Source: an uncultured Chthonomonadaceae bacterium (GTDB lineage: Bacteria > Armatimonadota > Chthonomonadetes > Chthonomonadales > Chthonomonadaceae). Taken from it: a stretch of DNA of 64,000 nucleotides. Both the position numbers and the translations under genes were made by a program. The notes under the pieces are model-generated. The model searched no databases. It was given only the letters and a program-made list of their open reading frames with translations, and was not told where the DNA came from. The first letter of the stretch is position 1. Each line of letters begins with the position of its first letter. This document shows, in pieces, positions 20,236-32,083 of the stretch. Location of the stretch: NCBI GenBank assembly GCA_963835065.1, contig CAWIEK010000022.1, positions 40,912 to 104,911 on the forward strand, in the 5' to 3' direction.

Positions 20236-21757
20236 ATGACCTACCACACGCAGATTGCCGCTTTGATTTCCAATATCGCGCGCCCGCTTCCTTTCCGCTT
20301 GCTGGCGGGAATGGGGCTGGGACTTGTCACGGGTGGGTTGCCGATGCAGGCGCGGGCGCAAACATCCCCGCCGCCCGTTGTGCAGGCTGCGCCGCCTTCG
20401 TCTGTCGGTTCCGGTTCGGCGTCGGGGGGCGTGTTGGGGCAGATGGGGCGCGAACTCAGCGACATTTTGCAGCAAAACCGCAGTGGCGTCGTGATGATAC
20501 GGGGGCATCGGCTTCTCGTAGCCCCCGCGGCCTTTGCAGGCAAAAACGACAAAATGCCGATGGGAATGGCGAATGCTCTTTAGCGGCCTCCCACCCATCA
20601 TTCCCGTAATTGGAAGCGGTTTTCTGGTGCAGGGCAATGTGGTCGTGACAACGGCGGAAGTGGCCGAAGACATTCAGAGTCCTACGGTAATTCTGGCGGA
20701 TGGCAAACATTTGCGCGTCATAGGCCGCAGCGTGGATGCGCAGAGCAACCTTGCCATTTTCACCGTTGAGGGCGTGGACACGTCTGTCGCGTTGCGCATG
20801 GGCGACTCCGACACCGTTTTACCCGGCACATTTGCCGTCACTATCGGTACGCAGGCCGGCTTCCCCAATTCGGGCGGACTGGCGTTTATTGCGCATACAC
20901 GCCGCCGCGCGCGTTCGGGCGAACGCCATTTCGACAACCTGATTCAGTTTCAGGGCGCAATCGGGCCGGGCAGCAGCGGCAGTCCCCTGATCGGCTCTTC
21001 GGGAGAAGTGATCGGCATTGTCATGGCCGCGCCGGATATGACGAGTGGCGGGCGCGGCAATTGGCCTGGCAACGGCTGGGATCGGCAAAACGGCGGCAGG
21101 GGCGGGGGGCAAAACCGCTTTGACAAAGGGCATCAGGAGAAATCCGCGCCGGACAAGTCTGCGCCGGACGCCAACGCCCACGCGCATCGAAGCCGCGCCG
21201 CGTCGGAAATGCAGACCCCGCCTCCGGGTGTTCCTGCCGACCCGCGCAGCCCACGTTCGGGAGGTTCGCCTTTCGCGCCTTTCCCCGGCGAAATGCCCCA
21301 GGGCGGTTTCAATCCGTTCGGCGGCTTGTCCAACATCGGCTTTGCGCTGCCTGTCAACGAACTGCGCGCCCGGCTTCCCGAACTGGTGCGAACAGCGCAG
21401 AAGATACCCGCCGCCGGCTGGATGGGCGTTCGTCCGGGCAACGGTCCCAAACCCGGCGCGTATGTCACCAACCTGTATGAAGACTGCCCTGCAGAAAAGG
21501 CCGGCCTGAAAATCGGCGACATTATCACGCACATTGACGGGCAGCCGATTCATTCCGATATGGAGTTCATCGGCGCTTTAGTGCGTGGGCAGGAAGGGCA
21601 AGCCATGAAAGTGCAAGTGCTGCGCGGGAACGCCGTCCACATTTTCGAGGTACGCCTGCGCGCCCGTCCCGACCCCGACGAAATGCGGCGCATGAACCTG
21701 CGTATCCAATCGGAAGTCGGCGTTCGGATTGTCGTGTACTTCGCTTATATGGTTTGA
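20236..21757 (+). CDS. HtrA/DegP-like trypsin + PDZ protein with degenerate catalytic triad (frameshift near 20570)
   Basis: GSGFLV, GDSD, IGPGSSGSPL..GEVIGI, NIGFALP, PAEKAGLKIGDII PDZ. Confidence 0.85.
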
Positions 21758-21826
21758 GTGATGAGGGAGAGTGGAGAGTAGAGAGTGGAGAGTGAGAGGA
21801 GGCAATCCTTTCACTCTCCACTCTCT
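21755..21826. repeat. Inverted heptamer-array element (GAGAGTG)n ... (CACTCTC)n
   Basis: Tandem units visible on both arms. Confidence 0.8.
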
Positions 21827-21949
21827 TTGTTTGGCTTGCGCGGAACGCCTCTGAGGAAATTGTGGCTTCAACATTGGTTTTGCGGCAGGAAAAGCCACAG
21901 GGCAACGCGAACAGTAGCAAAAGTAGGTTCGGAAAAGGAGAGAAACGTA

Positions 21950-22174
21950 ATGCAAATACAACTGACAGCCGTTTTCCAAAAAGTGCCCGAAGGGTACATC
22001 GGATTTGTCGAAGAATTGCCGGGAGCGAACACGCAGGGCGAGACACTCGAAGAAACGCGCGCTAACCTGCGCGAAGCCGTCTCCCTGGTTTTGGAAGCCA
22101 ATCGCGCGCTGGCAGAGGAAACGCTTTCAGGACGCGAGGTAATCCGAGAAACCTTGCAGGCAGCAACCGCATGA
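21950..22174 (+). CDS. hicB: HicB-family antitoxin
   Basis: GYIGFVEELPGANTQGETLEE..ANLREA; AGGAG RBS. Confidence 0.9.
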   Translation: MQIQLTAVFQKVPEGYIGFVEELPGANTQGETLEETRANLREAVSLVLEANRALAEETLSGREVIRETLQAATA

Positions 22175-22359
22175 AGCGCGTAGACTTACTTCGACATCTG
22201 GAGGCGCAGGGCTGTGAGTTTGCGCGCGAAGGCGGAAATCACACCATTTATGTCAATCGCGTTGCGCAAGCAAGTTCTGCTGTGCCACGTCACCGCGAAA
22301 TCAATGATTTTCTAGCCGGCAAGATATGCCGCGATTTGAAAGTGAGGGAACCAAAATAA
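22171..22359 (+). CDS. hicA: HicA-family toxin
   Basis: REGGNHT, VPRHREI; ATGA coupling to hicB. Confidence 0.9.
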   Translation: MKRVDLLRHLEAQGCEFAREGGNHTIYVNRVAQASSAVPRHREINDFLAGKICRDLKVREPK

Positions 22360-22424
22360 AGTATTTGTTCAGCGCCCACCGAGACGAAGTTTGGCAAAAA
22401 TTCTCGCAAGCAAGTTGAAGGAGG

Positions 22425-23183
22425 TTGATGATGAAGCGATTCTATGGGTTTGCACTGCTGTTTGCTCTGCCTCTGCCGTCGCTATGTGCCGCGCATCGCG
22501 CCGCGACGCAGTCCACACCTTACGCCTTGTTTCAATTCAACGGGAATACGACAAATAAAGGCACGGGCAAAGCCACCTTTGAACTGCGGAATACGCGCTT
22601 TCAGAACAATGCTTTGTATCTTAACGGCAAGTACGAGCATGGCCCGGAGCATGGCGGTTTCCACGCCGTTTGTTCCACGCCTGCCGTTCCCTACGAAACC
22701 TTCACGGTAGCCCTGCGCTTCAAAGCCGAAGTTTTTACGTCCGGCAAGAATAACCTGATTACAGGCGGAACTTCCGCGCGCTGGTTCAGTCTGTGCCGTT
22801 CGGAAGCCGGGCATCTGGTCATCACGCTGAACAATCAGGATTACCAGCATGAGATCAAGGGCGTCACGCTGGACAAGGACAAATGGACGGAAATCGCCTG
22901 CGGCGTTGACATTCCCCAACACAAAATCAGCGTCTTTCTCAATAAGAAGAATGTTGACAACATCGTCCTTCCTTCCTCTTTCACGCTGCAGACAGGCGAC
23001 GCAGAAGATAAAGACGCAGACAAAAATTGGTCGTTTACCAACTACTCCAATGCGGACGTGTTTCAGGGATGGGTTGACGAACTGCGCATCTATGACCATT
23101 GCCTGAGCGATGGGGAACTGGCCGCGCTGTCCTTGCATCCCGCGCCCGCCAAACAACGCCGAAGCGCGGCCCCAAAGCCCTGA
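22425..23183 (+). CDS. Secreted LamG/concanavalin-like domain protein
   Basis: Signal peptide; FNGN, LYLNG, KWTEI, FQGWVDELRIYD..LS. Confidence 0.75.
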   Translation: MMMKRFYGFALLFALPLPSLCAAHRAATQSTPYALFQFNGNTTNKGTGKATFELRNTRFQNNALYLNGKYEHGPEHGGFHAVCSTPAVPYETFTVALRFKAEVFTSGKNNLITGGTSARWFSLCRSEAGHLVITLNNQDYQHEIKGVTLDKDKWTEIACGVDIPQHKISVFLNKKNVDNIVLPSSFTLQTGDAEDKDADKNWSFTNYSNADVFQGWVDELRIYDHCLSDGELAALSLHPAPAKQRRSAAPKP

Positions 23184-23242
23184 CAGCCCAATACCCTAAA
23201 ACCATAGAACCCTAAAACCCTGAAACCCTACCCACCAACACC

Positions 23243-23966
23243 ATGAGTCCAGACCATCGGCAGCATCGGGGCGCGCACCCGGAAGACCGGAAATTGTTCG
23301 CGCCCGAACGACAGGACACGCTGCGGCAGGCGACATCAGATTTATCGTGGCTGCTTGGCAGGGCGTACCCGGCCACTGCCGCGCTGAAACTTGTCGGGGA
23401 TCGCTACGCTCTTGACGAGCGGCAGCGTACCGCCGCGTTGCGCTCCGCGTGTTCCCCGTCCCACCGCGCCAACAGACAGGCCACTTGCTTGCCCATCGAA
23501 GCGGTACGCGGGCAGGATATTCAGATTGACGGCTTCAATCTGCTGATTACCATTGAGGCGGCATTGGGAGGCGGGATTGATTTTGCATTGCGGCGATGGT
23601 TGCCTGCGCGACCTGGCGAGCATCCACAGCACGTATAAGGCCGTACAGGAAACCGTTCCCGCCCTGACGCTGATTGGCAATGCCCTGCAAGCGCTTGGCC
23701 CCCGTTCTGTGCAATGGCTGCTGGACAGCCCGGTTTCCAACAGCGGGCGACTGGCGCAGACGATCCGGGATGTGGCAGAAGAACACGGCTGGAACTGGCA
23801 GGCCGAAACGGTTTTCAATCCCGATACGGTTTTGAAGGCATCCAATGCAATTGTCGTTACGTCCGATTCCGTTGTCCTGGATCACGCAGGGCGTTGGGTC
23901 AATGTCGCCGCGCACCTGCTGCCGCTGTATATTCCCGACGCCTGGATCGTAGACATGCGGCACTAA
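23243..23966 (+). CDS. DUF434-family protein (frameshift in a G-rich tract near 23570)
   Basis: DLSWLL.R.Y, VGDRY.L, IDGFNLLIT.E, RDLA, LDSPVSNSG. Confidence 0.8.
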
Positions 23967-23995
23967 AGCCGCTCACATTCCCCTGGAGAATCATC

Positions 23996-24475
23996 ATGCT
24001 TGCTTTGCCATCCGAAATTCAGACGGCTTGCGCGGATTTGTTCGCCGCGCTGCCGCTCGAACAAGCCATGCCGAACTTACTGCACAGTCAGACAGCATCC
24101 GCTGCCGTTGTTGAGGCGGCGCAGTCCGCGCTGCGCTCGCCCGCTCTTACTTCCCGTCCCGCTCTTGCCGCCGGTTTGTGGCTGTACGTGGATGATCTCG
24201 AACGCAGCCACGCCATCAGCCAGTCGCTTGACGATGTAACGGGCGCGTACTGGCACGGCATCATGCACCGCCGCGAAGGAGACTTTTCCAACAGCCACTA
24301 CTGGATGCGCCGCGCCAGCCGCCACCCTCTCCGCCAATCCCGTCCCGACCTCGACCCCGACGCCCTGATAGACGCCGTAGCCGCCGCGCATGGCAGCAAC
24401 CCGCCCGACCTGCTTGCCCTGCAACGCGCCGAGTGGCAAGCCCTGTTTGAATGGTGCGCCGCAATGCAGGGATGA
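23996..24475 (+). CDS. Conserved hypothetical protein
   Basis: LWLYVDDLERSHAISQ, YWHGIMHRREGDFSNSHYW, EWQALF; GGAG RBS. Confidence 0.7.
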   Translation: MLALPSEIQTACADLFAALPLEQAMPNLLHSQTASAAVVEAAQSALRSPALTSRPALAAGLWLYVDDLERSHAISQSLDDVTGAYWHGIMHRREGDFSNSHYWMRRASRHPLRQSRPDLDPDALIDAVAAAHGSNPPDLLALQRAEWQALFEWCAAMQG

Positions 24476-24476
24476 G

Positions 24477-24579
24477 TAGATATTAGATATTAGGCACAAG
24501 CCCAATACCTAACACCGAACACCTGAACACCGCAATACCTGAACGCCCAACACCCAATACCTAACACCCAATACCTGAA
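24477..24579. repeat. Mixed heptamer/octamer array (GATATTA; CCYAAYA; CTGAACAC)
   Basis: Tandem degenerate units fill the intergenic space. Confidence 0.75.
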
Positions 24580-24596
24580 ACAAAGGAGTTTATTTT

Positions 24597-25658
24597 ATGA
24601 CGACAACAAGTGACGCGATTTCATTTGCCTGCATCGGCGTGGGCGGGCGCGGCGGGTATCTGCTGCAATTACTGCTGAAGATTGAGGGCGTGGCCGTTCG
24701 CGCCGTGTGCGATCCCAATGCCGATAATCGCGCCAAAGCCAAAAAGTTGATTGAAGCGGCGGGGCAGGCCGCGCCCGTGGAGTTCGAGCATTGGGAGCAG
24801 GCATTGGCGCATCCGGGCATTGACGCCGTTGTCAGCGCCCTGCCGTGCGGCCTTCACGCCCAAAACTATCTGGACACGATTGCGGCGGGCAAAAACCTGT
24901 ACGGCGAAAAACCGCTTGCCTTAACCCCGCAGGAGTGCGACACCATTGTCAGCGCGGCCAACAGCAGCAAGCAGATCGTGCAGTTAGGGTTTCAGCGCCG
25001 GGCCGACCCGCGCTTCATCGAAACCATGCAGGAGATCTACGCGGGCGAGTTGGGCGATCTGGTGGAAGGGCGCGTGTGCTGGTCCAACGCCTGGGGACCG
25101 CTGTACAACTGGTTCGGGCATCGGGACGTGTCGGGCGACTGGATGGTGGAACAGGCCGTCCACAACTGGGATGTAATCAATTGGGCGACGCGCAGTTTGC
25201 CGATTCGCGCAATGGGCATGGGACGCAAGGGACTTTACCACGAACAGCAGCCGGATCGAGACGTGACCGACTATTACTCCGCGCTGGTCGAATACCCGAA
25301 TGGCCTTGTCGTCAACATTCTGCACAGTTGGGTGGCTCCCGGTCAGGAAGGCGCGTACAAGCCCGCGTTCAACGACGAGTACACGCGGCTGTTGGGAACA
25401 AGGGGCGGCGTGGATTTCAATTCCGGCCTGATTTCCTACCGCCGCGAACTGAAACTGCCGGATCGCCCCGGCCAAAACCTGCCCGAAGGCGTGACCAATT
25501 CCCTCCTGTGCCTGCAAGCCTTTGTAAACTCGGTACGGACCCGCAAGCCGCCGGTTGCGGGCGTTCAGGAAGGCCGCGATTCGGTACTGGCCTGCCTGCT
25601 GGTGCGCGAAGCCGTAAACCGGGGCGGCGTGGTGACGATGGAGGAGCTAACGGCATGA
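24597..25658 (+). CDS. Gfo/Idh/MocA oxidoreductase
   Basis: IGVGGRG, EKPLA, GFQRR, SGDWMVEQAVHNWD. Confidence 0.92.
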   Translation: MTTTSDAISFACIGVGGRGGYLLQLLLKIEGVAVRAVCDPNADNRAKAKKLIEAAGQAAPVEFEHWEQALAHPGIDAVVSALPCGLHAQNYLDTIAAGKNLYGEKPLALTPQECDTIVSAANSSKQIVQLGFQRRADPRFIETMQEIYAGELGDLVEGRVCWSNAWGPLYNWFGHRDVSGDWMVEQAVHNWDVINWATRSLPIRAMGMGRKGLYHEQQPDRDVTDYYSALVEYPNGLVVNILHSWVAPGQEGAYKPAFNDEYTRLLGTRGGVDFNSGLISYRRELKLPDRPGQNLPEGVTNSLLCLQAFVNSVRTRKPPVAGVQEGRDSVLACLLVREAVNRGGVVTMEELTA

Positions 25659-27498
25659 GGATTTTGGATTTCGGATTTTGGATTTTAGATTGGGTAGGGC
25701 TTCATTTCGAAGTTTTCGCGCTCCGGCGTTGGGAACGTCGGGCATTTGCGCCTTCCTCTTTCGTCTTTCCCCTTTTGCCTTTCGCCTTTTTCGTGTGTTT
25801 CGCGTTTTTCGCGGTTTCCAAATCCGAAGCGCAGAACAATGCGCCTGACCCTGACCTGCAGGTACAGAATGTGCCGCATGGAACCGTGAAGGACTATGTG
25901 TGGAAAACAAGCCATGTGTATCCCGGCACGGAACACAACTACCGCGTGTATGTTCCCGCGCAGTACGATCCTTCCAAGCCGGCCTGCGTGATGATTTTTC
26001 AGGACGGATTGGGCTTTAACGCGCCGACCGTGTTTGACAATCTCATCGCCAAAAAGCAGATGCCCGTCACGGTTGCCATTGGCATCAGTCCGGGCGTGGC
26101 TCCCCCTGCGGGCGCAAACCCCGGCAACGCCCTGCCCCGCTTCAATCGCAGCGTGGAATACGATACGCCCGATGATACGTATGCGCGGTTTCTGCTCGAC
26201 GAGATTTTGCCGGAAGTGGGCAGAACCCTGAACCTGAGCCGGAATCCCAATGACCGGGGCCTGTGCGGGGCAAGTTCGGGCGGCATTGCCGCGTTCACCG
26301 CCGCATGGGAGCGTCCCGACCAATTCCGGCGCGTGTACAGCGTGATCGGCAGTTTCACCGACCTGGCGGGCGGCGACACGTACCCGTCGAAAATCCGCAA
26401 GTACGAACCGAAACCGCTGCGCATCTATTTGCAGGACAACGACCAGGATCAGGACATTTATTCGGGAAGCTGGCCGCTTGCCAATCAGGAAGTGGCGGCG
26501 GCGCTGAAGTTCGCCGGGTACGACGCGCAGTTTACGGTGGGCAAGGGCGGGCATGACGGCAGGCCGGGAAGTTTGATTTTTCCCGAAGTGATGCGCTGGC
26601 TGTGGCGCGATTATCCCGCGCCTATTGCGGTCAACACAGCGTCGCGGCAGCCCATCATGCAGATCGTTTCGCCGGGTGACGATTGGCAGGAAGTGGAATC
26701 GGATGTGGTTCACGCGCTGGCGACGGACAGCGCGGGCAGCGTGTACGCGGCAGGCCGGGATGGGATCACCTGTCTTGGAACATCAAGCATCAAACCCCTG
26801 CCGCCAATCGCCAACGCGAACGCGCTTGCCTTTGCTCCCGATGGCAGGCTGATTGTGGCGGATACGGACAATCAGCGCCTGCTGGCTTACGATCGCAAAC
26901 GGCAAACTGACAGTGCTTAGCCCGCAATATCAGTCGTCATCCACGCTTGACCGTCAGCCATCAGGGCACGATGTATTTTCAGGATGGCGCCGACGAAAGC
27001 ATCTGGCAAATGACAAAGAAGTGGACAGAGCGCGCAGAGTGGCGGAAGGCGAAACAACTTCCTTCGTGCTGCAGCCTTCCTCCTTGACCCTAACGCCCGA
27101 CCAAAGCCTGCTGATTACAACGGGAGTGAGGCCGCGCAAATCGCTGGTGTCATGGCGCGTACAGGCGGACGGAACGCTTGCCGATGCCGAGCCGTTCTTT
27201 GACCTGACCAGCGCGTATCATCAGACGGGACAGGCAGGCGACGGCAATGGTGACGGACACGCAGGGCTGGCTGTACGTGGCGACTCCGGCGGGTATTCAG
27301 GTGTGCGATCAAGCGGGGCGCGTGAACGGCATCCTGTCGCTGCCGACCCGCCGACTGCCGACAGCCATGACGTGGGGCGGAACCAACCGCGATACGCTGT
27401 ACCTGGCCTGCGGCGGCGCATTATACAAGCGCAAATTGCGCGTCAAGGGCGTACTCCCTTTCGAGGAACCCATCAAGCCACCTTCGCCGCGCTTGTAG
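25655..27498 (+). CDS. Esterase + SMP-30/gluconolactonase fusion (several frameshifts in the C-terminal half)
   Basis: VYVPAQYD, FQDG, RSVEYD, GASSGG esterase; DTQGWLYVAT..GIQVCDQAGRV propeller. Confidence 0.8.
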
Positions 27499-27539
27499 TC
27501 ATTTCCATTAACAAGGAAATTGAAGCAGAAACAAACCTT

Positions 27540-28613
27540 ATGACACCCCTATTTACACGGTGCGCCGAAAACCCGATTGTGGTTCCGGGGCGGTACGACT
27601 GGCGCATGGCAACCACATTCAACCCCGGCGTGATTCTGGATGACGACGGACGCTTTTATCTGTACGAGCGGGCGGCGGGGCAGTTGCGCCCGTTCCATTG
27701 CTATATCGGCCTGCTCGACAGCGACGATGGCGTTCACTTTACGCAGGTCGGCGATCAGCCCGTGTTTACGCCCGATATGGCCGGCAGTCCGTACGGCAGC
27801 GTACAGGACCCCCGCGTCGTCAAGATTGACGGCGCGTACTATATGACGTATGCGTTTCGCCCGTTTGCCTGGTCTTCCAACCCGACGGGCGTAGGCGTGC
27901 CCGAATCGCATGAGTCCGACTTTCCGGGCGTGGAGCGCGCGCCTATCACTGTCGGCAGTGGCTCCAAAAACGTTGCCAACGCCCGCCCCGACAACATGAC
28001 CCGCTCCGGTATCGCCGTTTCCCATGACCGCGTTCACTGGCAGCACCACGTCTGGGCCACGCCGCCGGACATGGACGACCGCGACGTGATCTTATTCCCT
28101 GAAAAAATTGGTGGGCGCTTTGCTCTTCTGCGCCGCCCGCTCCAATTCGTCGGCCCGGCATACGGAACCGAGCATCCCGGCATCTGGATTTGCTTTTCCG
28201 ATGACCTGCAAACGTGGACGCCGCCTGCCTTGATCGCCAAGCCGGAATTCGCCTGGGAAGACAACCGCATCGGCGGTTCCACGCCCCCGCTGCGAACGCC
28301 GCAGGGCTGGCTGGTTTTGTATCACGGCGTTCAAATGCAGGACGCCCGCCTGCGCCGCGTGTGCTACCGCATGGGCGCGTTGCTGCTCGATTTGGACGAC
28401 CCGACCCGCGTTCTCGCCCGCACCTCCGAATTCCTCATGGAACCGGAAACCTACTATGAGCGCTTCGGCCTGTACATCCCCAACGTGATATTCCCCACCG
28501 CCAATGTCGTCAAAGACGGCCTGCTGTACCTGTACTACGGCGTATGCGATACCGCCATCGCCCTCGCCACCACGCCGCTTGATGCATTGGTAGAACACGT
28601 GCTGCGGGGATAA
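27540..28613 (+). CDS. GH130-like glycosidase/phosphorylase
   Basis: TFNPG, QDPRV, DRDVILFPEKIGGR, WLVLYHGV, PNVIFP, YYGVCD. Confidence 0.9.
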   Translation: MTPLFTRCAENPIVVPGRYDWRMATTFNPGVILDDDGRFYLYERAAGQLRPFHCYIGLLDSDDGVHFTQVGDQPVFTPDMAGSPYGSVQDPRVVKIDGAYYMTYAFRPFAWSSNPTGVGVPESHESDFPGVERAPITVGSGSKNVANARPDNMTRSGIAVSHDRVHWQHHVWATPPDMDDRDVILFPEKIGGRFALLRRPLQFVGPAYGTEHPGIWICFSDDLQTWTPPALIAKPEFAWEDNRIGGSTPPLRTPQGWLVLYHGVQMQDARLRRVCYRMGALLLDLDDPTRVLARTSEFLMEPETYYERFGLYIPNVIFPTANVVKDGLLYLYYGVCDTAIALATTPLDALVEHVLRG

Positions 28614-28729
28614 AGAAGCCCGTTTAGCCGCAAATACACGCAAATAGACGCAAATAAATATAATGAAAAGCCTCTCGTCTGCAAGGAGAGAGGTCGGAGG
28701 TACGTTTCAAGTTCATTACATCTGTTTGC

Positions 28730-28851
28730 GCCGGGGATTGAAAATCCCCGGCAGGAAAGTGCAAGCGTCCTGCGGACGCGGGAGTCTTGAGGTAGAGAGT
28801 TACGTCCGCAGAACGTTTGTTTTGTCAAGATGGGGATTTTCAATCCCCGGC
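28730..28851. repeat. REP/REPIN-like nested palindrome
   Basis: Perfect 20-bp terminal inverted repeats GCCGGGGATTGAAAATCCCC, plus an inner inverted pair GCGTCCTGCGGACG / CGTCCGCAGAACG. Confidence 0.8.
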
Positions 28852-28869
28852 AGATGGGGTGAGGTCAAC

Positions 28870-31800
28870 CTATAACGCCGCAGAATACTCCGTCACCTGA
28901 CGGCTTGCGGCGGGTTCGACGACAAGGCGTAGATGCGAAGGCATATTGCCTTCCTCATCGAAGATCGTCAGCGTGTTTTTGCCCGGCTTCAGCCAACATT
29001 CCGGCAGGTACAGCGATTGGATCGGCACTTTTTCCGGGTAGCGGCCCAGATTGTGGCCGTTGAGCCAGATAAAGCCGCGCGACAGGCCGTTCAGGGTGAC
29101 GCGCAAAATGGGATGCGCGCCGGGTTTGTCGGTTCCCGCGCCAAAGCCGCTCCGCGCGTCCGTATTGAACTCAGTACGGAAGAACGTGGGTACACCCGTT
29201 TGATCGGCGCGTTCACCGAGAGGATTCCATGCGGTGATTTTAGCGGGGTTTTCCAGCCCGCCGCGCATTTTCCAGCCGCGCAGTTCCGTTTCGTCGCCGG
29301 GATTGGAACCGCGCAGGGCAGTCGCGCCCGCAATGCCGCCCGTGTTCGCCGTGTTTTCCACCAGAACGACAAGTTGATTGGCCTGCCCGCTCTTCCACGC
29401 CGCTTCCAGAGGCACATCAAACGGCTGCCCCCAGCCTTTGTGTTCTCCCACCTTTTTGCCGTTCAGATAAACCGTCGCGTTGTCGTCTACGTCTTCAAAA
29501 TGCAGGCTGTGGCGCTGTCCGGGCAGCAAGTCCAGTGTGGTGCGGAACCACGCGAAGCCGGCCTGTCTATTAAACACGTCCGTTTTGGGATCGTCCAGCG
29601 TTTTCCAGTCATTACCGCCGTTGACATCTTGGGGCAGGCTTGTCAGCCGACCGGACGCGGTAATGCCGGATGCCGGTCTCCATTGCCACTTTGTGATAGC
29701 CTGTTCCGTGCCCGCGTTCTTGGAAAGCGTGACCGGGCCGTTTAAGCCTTTGGCGGCAACCTGATCTATCGGGCCGAGATGATTGAACAGTTTGTTGCGC
29801 CCATAATGCGCGGCGAAAACGGCAATCGTGTTCGCGCCCGCTTTGAGCGGTACGGCAACCTGGCGCGGAATGGGAGACGTGAAGCGCTGCCGGGGTTGCG
29901 CAGTGTTGGCGGGAAGGGGAACGCGCTGCCCATTGGCCCAAACCGCGATCCAATCGCCCAAATCCGCGAACTTCAAGTTGACTGTGCCGTCTTTTGCCGC
30001 CTGCGCTGTCGAGCGATACCACGCATACGCGCTCGTGTCGCCATCCGCGCCCATTTGCAGGGGCTGCGGGCTGTACTTCCAGTTGCCGGTCAGATACGCG
30101 ATGCTTGCCGGTTCGTCCGCTTTGTGCATCTGCCACGCGCCCAACGTCGGGGGCGTGATTTGCTCCGGGCTGAAACCTGCCGCCACTTCTGCCTGGGTTC
30201 CCGTTTGAGCGGCTTCCTGCGCTGTTTGTTGCGCTTCTTTTGGCGTTACCACTTGCAGGCGCAAGGGGCTGTCACCCGGCCCGTAAGCAAAGTAATCGGT
30301 TTCAGGAATGGGAATTCGGCGCGCATACTGCTCGGTGACAATCCGCAGTTCGCCGTTCTTTGCGGTCACTTCGCCGACATACGGGAAGCCTCCGATGATG
30401 TAGGTTGTTCCGCCCGTTTCCGCGAAATAGGTTCGGTCGGCCAGATCGCTGCTCACGGCGAGGACCCGAAACTTATGCGTTCCCGCCTTAAAGGTGTACT
30501 CGCCCGCGCCCTGCGGCGCAAAGGTGGCTTGCAGCGTCACGCCCTGTGTATCCGCGTCCATCGTCCAGCCGTTACCGGCAGTAACCAGCCGCGTCTGTCC
30601 CGCCGCAACGCGGAAATGCAGTTCCACGCGGTGCGCAAGCGAAAGGTTGGCATCGTTGCGTTGCTCCTGAGTGCCGATGGGAGCATCGTACACGACAAGC
30701 GTGGTCGTATTCCCCTGATCGGCAACGCCCAGAATACGACACGCGGACGATTCCAGCGTTACGTCGGAACCCAGCGCGACATTGCGGGCAAGCGGCACGA
30801 TTTCGCCCGGAGCCAGTTCCAGCGTGATGTCGCTGTTCGCAGACGCGCCGTTTTGCCGCCGTGCCGTTTTCCGGTTCGCCGCCTTGCGCTGAGGTCTGCG
30901 TCGAACCCGCGCCACAACAGGCTGATTGGAGGGGTTATCCACAAACAGCAGGGTTCCTGCCGGACTTTTGCGGGCGGTCAGCGACACGCCGCCGCTAGAC
31001 CACATCGTTCTTGACCTCGTCCGTCGAGTTTACGCTGTTTTCCAGCACATCTGCGAAACTGCGGGCGAACAGCGACGCGCGCTTGAAGCGGTAGTAGATC
31101 GGGCGCAAATCGCCGGTCTGCCCGATTGCCGAACCGTAATCGTAATTGGACGCAACCTCATCGTCGTTCCACGTGTCGAAATTGGTTCCGCCGTGCAGCA
31201 TGTAGAAGTTGTAGCCGTTGCCGCCATACGCGAGGATTTTCCACGTTCCCCGGTCATACGTCCGCAAGTCCCGCGCGCTCAACGGCCCGTACAGGTCGTA
31301 CCAGCCGGGCCAGAACTCCGTCGTGAGCCAGGGATTGGCGCGTCCCGCGCTGTCCCACGGCTGATTGCCCGCCGGGTCGTGACCGTGATGCAGGCCGCTG
31401 AAAAAGTAGGGCACTTCCAGCCCCAAAGCCAGCGCCTTGTCCCGCAGATGCGTAAAGTAGCCGTTGGGCATTTCGCGCCCCCATCCCTGCGGATGCTCGT
31501 TCTCCAACTGCACCAGAATCACCGCGCCGCCCCGGTGTATCTGATTGGCAGCGACAATCGGCATGATTTTCTCATACCACTTGTCCACCAATGCCTCGAA
31601 CGGCGCGTTGTCCTCGCGCACCCGCACACCCGGCTTGAAACGCAGCCACACGGGATAGCCACCGCTGTCCCACTCGGCGCACACATACGGCCCGACGCGC
31701 ACAATCGCGTACATGCCAAGTTCGTTGATGAGTTTTAGATAAGCGTTGAAATCGTGGTCGCCAGCAAAGTCCCATTTGCCTTCCTGCGCCTCGTGGAAGT

Positions 31801-32083
31801 TCCAAAAAGCATAGGTTTCCACCGTGTTGAAGCCCGCCCGCTTGATGCGCAACAAGCGATCTCGCCACAAAGCGTGGGGTACGCGGCTGTAATGCAGGCT
31901 CCCGGACGCGATAAAGGTACGCTTGCCGCGAACTAAAAACCCCTTGCCGTCAAAATCAATGGCGGAACGGGCGGCGGCAGCGGCAGGAAACATGCCGTCA
32001 TCGGCTTTTGCCGTCATTCCCATGCTCAGGCCAAGCGCCAACAGCAAGGCTGAAAGATTGTGTTTAAGATGTGTGTGTCGCAT
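28870..32083 (-). CDS. GH35 beta-galactosidase, large secreted form (frameshift near 31000)
   Basis: SGSLHYSR, YAFWNFHE, GPYVCAEW, QLENE, TTEFW.GW, YMLHGGTNF; C-terminal jelly-rolls with NGHNLGRY. Confidence 0.9.
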
